The notes under the pieces are model-generated. The model saw only the letters and a list, made by a program, of their open reading frames with translations, was not told the DNA's origin and did no database searches. A stretch of DNA of 64,000 nucleotides, from the IMG/VR virus record IMGVR_UViG_3300005573_000064, positions 1-64,000 of that record; one strand, given 5' to 3'. The translations under genes and the position numbers were made by a program. Positions 59,001-64,000 of the stretch are shown here, piece by piece. The first letter of the stretch is position 1, and each line of letters begins with the position of its first letter. The stretch is from a virus.

Positions 59001-61849
59001 TCCGTAGGGGAGGATGGAAGGTTTCTCATGGTCTTCCATTTTAACCACGACCTGTCAAGAATGTTCGAGGCTGCGCCTCTCTCGGACTTGACAATCCCCA
59101 CCGACCCAAGCCTTTCATAGGCGGGACCGTATGTCTCAATGTCAATCGCCAGGTATTTTCCCGACTCGTAAGCCTTGCGGGCTCTTTGAATCTGTTCCTC
59201 CGGGCCGCCCTTCATTGACAGGCCAATCATGACATCGTCCTTGGTTTTCCATATCGGAAGTTCGGACATTCTTGTCGCCCCCTCGGGAACAATGGGAACG
59301 TTAAAATCCACCTGCTTCAGAAGGGATTGAGCGCCTAGCGTTGCCGTTCCGCCTTCCTCCAAGGCGTAGGATATTCCTGAATTCACGTCCACTATTCGAT
59401 GAGGGCCTTGAGGGCGCTCCTCGATCATCGCGCCATGTATGCTCTCCGTAGGAGTCTTCGAGCCACTATTAAAGGGGCTTTTGGCGGAGCCGCCTACGGT
59501 ATTCCAATTCATCTCTATTTCAGCATTCTTGTCAGGCAATATGTAGGACGTGTTGGCGGTCCGTATAAGCGTTCCAGTCTCTCCGTTAACCTCACCGGTT
59601 TCCAGATAGTCTTTCAATCTTTCCGCCAGATTAGGTACGCTGGCGTTATCGGTCTCAAAATATAGACGACCGTTCTCGTCCTGTTTAATATTTACCCCAT
59701 TCCAGGTTGACGGATGGGTTTTGAAAAGCTCCGTTAACTGTGTAGTCCACTTCTCATTAATTTTTCCAAGCTTTTCCTTCTCCTCAGCCTCCTCCTCCTT
59801 TTGCAACATGGCTTGCTCGGGGCTCGGAGTGTATCCCATGGCCTGGGCCTCGGCTTCCAAAGTTTCTTGAGGATTCCCCTCCTCGTCCTCTCTCGATGCA
59901 TTAAGACTTGTGACCTCTTCATCAGGCTGCCCTGTGATGGCGCCTCTTAGTCCATGCGTCCCGCCATGTCTGGCACGTGCAGTCTCCACTATCGCGCTTA
60001 TAAATTCATTTCCGATCGCCCCTATGTTATCCATCTTAAACTTGGAACTTCTTAGTGTCCACATAGTCTCCAAGTAAATGTTCGAGGCGATATCCTCGTT
60101 CAGGTCTCGATCCTCCCGCGGTGAGTAGGCGATCCTTTTAAGAAACGCTCTTCCGATCTCACTTTTGGAAAGCGCCCTGAACGAAGGCATCTCGCCTGAT
60201 TCGCTCGTTAGTTTCAGATCAACCATGATCTGCTCCACCGATCTTTCCTTGCCACCCACCTTGAGTTCATTCCTGGTAAACGTCTCCACCTCCTCGCCAA
60301 TAGCGCTTCTAGCGGCATTTCTTGCAACGGAGGGGATGAAATCTTCCGGTGGCTGCTCCGGGGAGCCGGCCCTCGCCACAATCTCCCGCACTAAGCTCTC
60401 TGGATCAAACCTAAGATATACTCTCGCTTTTTCCAGGCCATTCTCAGTTTCAGTAGTAAGGTTTTTCACCACGGGAGTCACCCTTTCAAACTTTTGGGTG
60501 AGAGGATTGAACCCCTCCAGCATGACGGCAAGCTTATCAGTTCGTCTTATCCCCATTCCCAGAGAGCTCGAGGAGGCCTCGTTCATTCGTTCTATGATAT
60601 GAGAGGTCGTATCAGGGCTCCATGCAGTCTCCTCGGGCCTTCCGTACAGATCATGAATCAGGCTTCGGGTCCTCCACTGCGCGTCCCTGTCAACGGAGTT
60701 AAACATAATTCGTGATAATTCCGAAAGGTCCAGAGGATGATCGGACTTGGACATGATCTCCCTAAGCCTGTTCAAATCCGATCTTCTGCTGGATTCGTAG
60801 TACGAATACTCCGCATCCAGGTTCCCCCATCTTCTAAACTCATCCTCCCGGTTGGACGCCTCCTCCTGATAACCGCCTGCTGTGTGCGGGTTATACTCGT
60901 CCTGCAGGGCGTTGACGTCCTCAATCCCGAATCCTATGTTTTGAAGTATCGAACTGAGTCGAGCGCTCTTCTTATCCTCCTCCCTCTGCACATCTCTTAT
61001 ATTCCGCTGGGCCTCCTTGATTACGTCCGCGAGAGTTTTCTCCACCTCTACGGCATGTGCCGACAGATGCCCTATCCCCTTTCCGGTTACATTGGTGTTT
61101 AAAGTCTTGAATATCCTGTCAACGCTATTGGCGGGCGTAATCTCCCCCGCCAACCCTCTTTTCAGAGTTTCTCGGAAGGATGGGGAGAACAGGTCGGAAT
61201 AGTGGGCCGCACTTAGTCTGGAAACGATCGACTTGGCTCTCATAACCCAGTTCGTGATCTGGCTTCCGGCCCTGCCGAGAGTGTCATGAAGACCCACCAC
61301 CGGCTCGCCTAGCTCCCCCATGATTCCGGTTTTGGCGTCCAGGGATATACGAACCGTGTGATCACGCTCTATTGCGTCCAGAACGTGGGTCGGTAGATTC
61401 TCCACCAGAACGTGGGAGAGAAAATCCAAATCCGATTCGGTGACGCTGCCGTCCTTTGGAATCAGCTTGCTCTCCTCGAGAGAGTCCTTGATGATTTTTC
61501 TGGCGGTCTCGTAAGCCCCCGGGGCCTTCTGCCGAACGCCTAGCTTATCGGGCGGAGGAGTGTTGCCGGTTCTTATCTCCTCCTTGACGGAGGCGCGAGG
61601 CTCGGAAGGCGGGGGCTCCTTATGCGTAAATCCCTCGAAAGGTTTGCCGTTCCTGTACAGGATGGTCACATTCTCAGGTTTCCAATCCTCGTAGGTTCCC
61701 AAGGTCTTGACATAAACCTGCAAGGTGGCCCCGCCAGTGGCGTTCTTCTTGATGGCGCTAATTACACCTACTCTGTGGGTTACGCGATCTCTAACCTTGT
61801 CACCTATCTTGTAATCATCCGGATTGAGGGAGTAAAATACGACTTTCAT
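56093..61849 (-). CDS. Large multidomain protein: SH3-like N-terminus, sigma-70-like segment, DEDDh 3'-5' exonuclease-like domain, C-terminal hydrophobic helix
   Basis: YLAIDIETYG (ExoI), IYNEDVDL (ExoII), LHGAAYDAAVT (ExoIII); likely start MKVVF at 61849 behind GGAGG. Confidence 0.75.
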   Translation of the reverse strand: MKVVFYSLNPDDYKIGDKVRDRVTHRVGVISAIKKNATGGATLQVYVKTLGTYEDWKPENVTILYRNGKPFEGFTHKEPPPSEPRASVKEEIRTGNTPPPDKLGVRQKAPGAYETARKIIKDSLEESKLIPKDGSVTESDLDFLSHVLVENLPTHVLDAIERDHTVRISLDAKTGIMGELGEPVVGLHDTLGRAGSQITNWVMRAKSIVSRLSAAHYSDLFSPSFRETLKRGLAGEITPANSVDRIFKTLNTNVTGKGIGHLSAHAVEVEKTLADVIKEAQRNIRDVQREEDKKSARLSSILQNIGFGIEDVNALQDEYNPHTAGGYQEEASNREDEFRRWGNLDAEYSYYESSRRSDLNRLREIMSKSDHPLDLSELSRIMFNSVDRDAQWRTRSLIHDLYGRPEETAWSPDTTSHIIERMNEASSSSLGMGIRRTDKLAVMLEGFNPLTQKFERVTPVVKNLTTETENGLEKARVYLRFDPESLVREIVARAGSPEQPPEDFIPSVARNAARSAIGEEVETFTRNELKVGGKERSVEQIMVDLKLTSESGEMPSFRALSKSEIGRAFLKRIAYSPREDRDLNEDIASNIYLETMWTLRSSKFKMDNIGAIGNEFISAIVETARARHGGTHGLRGAITGQPDEEVTSLNASREDEEGNPQETLEAEAQAMGYTPSPEQAMLQKEEEAEEKEKLGKINEKWTTQLTELFKTHPSTWNGVNIKQDENGRLYFETDNASVPNLAERLKDYLETGEVNGETGTLIRTANTSYILPDKNAEIEMNWNTVGGSAKSPFNSGSKTPTESIHGAMIEERPQGPHRIVDVNSGISYALEEGGTATLGAQSLLKQVDFNVPIVPEGATRMSELPIWKTKDDVMIGLSMKGGPEEQIQRARKAYESGKYLAIDIETYGPAYERLGSVGIVKSERGAASNILDRSWLKWKTMRNLPSSPTDLTMGNPDEAEVSMLSEASQLLDKHKDLHVLIYNEDVDLGKLSAMAASHAKRLKGEGQTVMADEMEKASAIFKEANENRAINVLFLEQGANPKGGFQSLEHAALGRGLQIEEAQLHGAAYDAAVTAKVFEAGAGDYLGINPNEWQRLSSDDITNPIMYGRPTRSKDAFGNPINLPISNRMVKVEGVFSAENELTGGHEYYLHVNDVSGEAPRVIRANDALDLSVILQNLKPSGLSPEQANAESDRIALDLFQRQLHRLYTGERGGNSPFVHEVIDWRMEYANMPRKELLDKVADLERMVENGENVAEGTERIRWIRNYLINDPRMAKQYVEGKYWYDKQYSVYDKPFFDKISEEIRSGNIDRYEAELLIHRRNRELYGIGGEALARRGFPATPEKVVKPFHEWTITPRITNSYRIRVGDVGQTRYDIEEFALQTFRRKFSGDRNKGATFLTSMGLSRREALEFLESGRFAGNKTSKRGRIASHLISTGFTFENKTISALLAEAAQMPAKSDLGSDVSEMAGRIREYVKTHAEEQLRTNPSLNQEFIGVPLWKTLEEKGYTDTAANIEKIRKYEQGLWRLFSSRNVREGFIRSEEARLWEANPARKVEQLKFSSIFIPKMFKNNKWAPSVLGKTPQSYLASNEKEGYGVLASMLLRNAEREYSDSLLGTSTSFLNMYQKDEIERLLKWRHLDEAIKGVSRGVIRPVRVKDELVDIGKAIVPSSSGHQSFEDFLRSGTAEEILQKARANLRLSGYLQRAAEIYFGTNANPAVPSPVGVVGPGAGMSPAKTVVAALNQEIKNAESKGPSVARAALLGANTWARVSGKARDLVGVLAGRTELSSDALSSGIRAVLHNKRFQVAAGVAKAALVIMATLNAVNTKDEGEYEEAKEKEDKERKVETEHRADIQHQRVRIRVRGKIGGTLNPMHVINAIHTAIDMHTTSPTNRSQTLTEDRSGRERERGKVVHKILG

Positions 61850-61873
61850 GAGGGCCTCCGAGGACTTGTTTCT

Positions 61874-61884
61874 TATATTATAGC
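61874..61884 (-). promoter_or_regulatory. -10 promoter-like motif GCTATAATATA
   Basis: Between a terminator and the RBS of the 1.9-kaa gene. Confidence 0.55.
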
Positions 61885-61890
61885 CCCCGA

Positions 61891-61929
61891 CAAAAAAAGA
61901 TCCTGAGTTTATTATGCGTAAACTCAGGA
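61891..61929 (-). terminator. Intrinsic terminator
   Basis: TCCTGAGTTTA-7 nt loop-TAAACTCAGGA followed by TCTTTTTTT on the minus strand. Confidence 0.8.
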
Positions 61930-61937
61930 CCAAATAC

Positions 61938-61957
61938 GGGATTTAGTACTAAATCCC
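61938..61957. promoter_or_regulatory. Perfect 20-bp palindrome GGGATTTAGTACTAAATCCC (operator-like)
   Basis: Exact inverted repeat with no loop in an intergenic region. Confidence 0.55.
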
Positions 61958-62027
61958 TAGAGGATATAATGAGAGGGTTGGAAAGGACAATGATTGCCGC
62001 TTGCGACCAGGGATATGCTCCCTTGGC

Positions 62028-62255
62028 CTAGGACGGACCGTAAATATCGGTTAAATCCATGTTGTTTCTTCTAAGAAGACTTCTACGACTGAGCGTGTTG
62101 AGATGCCCGGGTATTTGGCGGCCTTCGTTTTTAATCAGCGCCTGCATCTCATTCTTTTTTCGGAGAATCGCTTGCTCGGCTTCGGATAGCCTGGGCTTGC
62201 CGTTTGATGACTTCTCCTTGGTCAGAACTTTTCTCTTGTTTTTTCTCACGCTCAA
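62028..62255 (-). CDS. Small basic protein
   Basis: 75 aa, Lys/Arg-rich, GGAGG RBS, start overlaps the upstream stop. Confidence 0.7.
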   Translation of the reverse strand: MSVRKNKRKVLTKEKSSNGKPRLSEAEQAILRKKNEMQALIKNEGRQIPGHLNTLSRRSLLRRNNMDLTDIYGPS

Positions 62256-63196
62256 TTTACAGCCACCTCCTCGGATAAATATGACTTAAGATGAAATCTT
62301 ATCATTTGATTATAATTATCGACCCACTCCATGAAGTTATATTTGACATGGTCAAAGGACAAGGCCTTGGTCGACCTTATGGCGTCCCATTCATCCGACT
62401 GCCCAAAGAAGACGGTATAGGGAAGGTTAAAAGCCCAGCCCAGCCAGGAAATCCAATTATCGGAGACCGTCAGCAAGCAGGAGGGGTTGCCGATTATGGC
62501 TAGCGTTTCACCCAGTGACAGCGACTCCGAGGTGTTTATAACCTTTCCCGACTTGTCAATGTATATGTTGATGACACCAGGGAGAGGGCGCTTGAGGGAC
62601 ATTTCCATATACGTGTCTCTTAGGGATTCATCTTCCAGCGCGATTATCGCGTAATTGTCGTCTCGCACGGGCGCGCCATCAAGCTCCCAGGCGATGATGG
62701 ATTTTCTCAGTTTGCTTTTCACGCTCTTTAAATATCCGCGCGGAAAGGACGCATAAGGGGAGAGAGTCAACCTATCGGACTTCTTGGATATGGAGTACGA
62801 AGGTCTTACCGTTTTCAGAGCCTCCTCCATGGCCATCGACATTGATGACACCATGCCATAGGCCTGATCCGGAAGATCCTCCGGAGGAGCCTGCCCGGTC
62901 AGTCGTCTCATCTCCTCCATCCTGGCTCGGAGATCGGACTTGCCGAACAGAACGCCATCCTCTATTGTAAGGTCCAGGTTAACCGCAACATCGTATGGAT
63001 CAGGTGAAACCTTGCAATTAAAAACCCGGGAGGGAAGCCCGCTTAATACGGCCAACTCGCAAGCGCGTTCGTTCTCCAGGGATAGGTGAATGTCAAGAGC
63101 CTCGGGAAAATAGTCCATGCTTTCCCTCAGCGCCCTAAGGATGGCCAGGGTCTGCCTCTCGTCCCCCGTGGCCTCGATAAGAACCTTTTTCGCCAT
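62252..63196 (-). CDS. Divergent GT9 (heptosyltransferase)-like protein
   Basis: YDVAVNL and LSLGETLAIIGNPSCLLTVSDNWISWLGWAFNLPYTVFFG parallel the GT9 C-terminal motif, but the DSG...H core is altered. Confidence 0.55.
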   Translation of the reverse strand: MAKKVLIEATGDERQTLAILRALRESMDYFPEALDIHLSLENERACELAVLSGLPSRVFNCKVSPDPYDVAVNLDLTIEDGVLFGKSDLRARMEEMRRLTGQAPPEDLPDQAYGMVSSMSMAMEEALKTVRPSYSISKKSDRLTLSPYASFPRGYLKSVKSKLRKSIIAWELDGAPVRDDNYAIIALEDESLRDTYMEMSLKRPLPGVINIYIDKSGKVINTSESLSLGETLAIIGNPSCLLTVSDNWISWLGWAFNLPYTVFFGQSDEWDAIRSTKALSFDHVKYNFMEWVDNYNQMIRFHLKSYLSEEVAVN

Positions 63197-63242
63197 TATC
63201 AGTTCCTTTCCCGGACCTCAAAGTCCTTTCAATCGCTCCATT

Positions 63243-63254
63243 TATATTATAGCA
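63243..63254 (-). promoter_or_regulatory. Extended -10 promoter-like motif TGCTATAATATA
   Basis: Intergenic, upstream of 62252..63196; third copy of the motif. Confidence 0.55.
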
Positions 63255-63267
63255 GATTTTTATGCCG

Positions 63268-64000
63268 CTAGAGAAGAGATTTGATTGTGGCTTTAACAAG
63301 ATGCTGAGTCACATCCCTTTCAAGTCTCACATCGGCATACGATTCGGTCTCATCGTCATTTGACGCAACGGATACGTTCACGCTCAAGTCACTGACACCC
63401 ACTCCGGCCAGAAGTCTGGATAGAGTCTCCCGTATGTTCGAGCTGCTTCCATGTATGAGAGGAGTGGGCACGCCCACCGATTCCTGCTTGGCCTGAGCCT
63501 CGTTTTGCGGATATATTCCCAAATCCTGAGGGTTTATCTTCTCGTACATTGCGGTCATTATTCTCGGATTGTTCAAGTCCACGCTTTCAAGCCAACCGGC
63601 CCAGCTCTCATCAGGCAGCTGATGCGATTTGAAATAGTCCTCAAGCGATTCCTTTGGCGGAATTCGGGAGGCCTTTATGCCCAGACTAGGTCCCAAGGCC
63701 GTCTTCTCCCTGTTGCTAAGCAGGCTGAAGAACTCCCTTTTCTCCTTGGCGGTTCCATTCGTGGCTATGTCCATGGCCAGCTCACGCTCATACCTGGGCA
63801 ATCCCGCCATGGCGTCATTGAGAGGGGCTCCGGGTTTCGAGCCTATGAGGGTGTGCGCGGCCATCTCCCTGTACATCAAGGCTCGGGCTCCCATCGGTCC
63901 GAGCCTGAAATGCATTCTATTCGCCTTGATTAAATTATTAACTTCTCTGATAAGTTTTTTGTTAGCCTTATCCTTGGAGGCCTCGCTCATATCGGACATA
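63268..64000 (-). CDS. C-terminal part of a large phage virion protein (runs off the right edge)
   Basis: Open reading frame to the window edge; YFKSHQLPDESWAGW...VDL motif recalled from C-termini of giant proteins of large phages (not verified by search). Confidence 0.7.
   Translation of the reverse strand, partial: MSDMSEASKDKANKKLIREVNNLIKANRMHFRLGPMGARALMYREMAAHTLIGSKPGAPLNDAMAGLPRYERELAMDIATNGTAKEKREFFSLLSNREKTALGPSLGIKASRIPPKESLEDYFKSHQLPDESWAGWLESVDLNNPRIMTAMYEKINPQDLGIYPQNEAQAKQESVGVPTPLIHGSSSNIRETLSRLLAGVGVSDLSVNVSVASNDDETESYADVRLERDVTQHLVKATIKSLL

Larger units (their letters stand above)
1..64000 (-). mobile_element. Large (jumbo-like) myophage genome segment: virion structure/tail/baseplate region
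   Basis: Baseplate J-like, gp25-like, tail hub-lysin, muramidase and several >1000-aa proteins, all co-oriented and translationally coupled; no cellular housekeeping genes. Confidence 0.9.

Noticed and set aside
61850-61933. N-terminal extension MVLSLRII of the 1946-aa ORF
   Set aside because: It overlaps the terminator and promoter motif; the RBS supports a start at 61849
411-63933. Numerous short plus-strand ORFs in the track; tRNA or rRNA genes
   Set aside because: The ORFs lie antisense to long minus-strand genes and have no recognisable motifs; no tRNA cloverleaf or rRNA signature was seen
1-64000. Stop-codon reassignment as seen in some large phages
   Set aside because: Very long ORFs and near-complete coding density under the standard code; TAG, TGA and TAA all terminate genes

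Overview
This window is a 64-kb piece of a large (jumbo-type) contractile-tailed bacteriophage genome, covering the virion structural region. Essentially every real gene is on the minus strand, tightly packed, with GGAGG ribosome-binding sites and the standard genetic code. In transcription order (right to left) it holds: the end of a giant conserved virion protein; a GT9-like gene; a 1.9-kaa protein with sigma-like and DEDDh exonuclease-like domains; a 4662-aa modular protein; a 2629-aa tail hub/lysin (SLT-like plus M15 peptidase); baseplate genes (spike-like, gp25-like, J-like); three glycosyltransferases (GT2, GT32, and a GT4-like enzyme with a LAGLIDADG intein and SEC-C tail); a GH25 muramidase; a papain-like C1 peptidase; and a run of paralogous baseplate/fibre proteins interrupted by a stand-alone secretin N-domain gene. 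Near the left end is a non-coding island of serial hairpins and 8 x 31-bp tandem repeats. The most striking element is the 4662-aa protein. A 25-aa motif, H-x-[GS]-VGEKG-xx-SR-x5-LGT-[FY]-K-x-HS, recurs nine times, and each copy heads a cargo module; six modules are HEXXH zinc-peptidase domains. This looks like a tagged, cassette-expanded effector polyprotein. All functional calls come from motif recognition by eye; no database searches were run.
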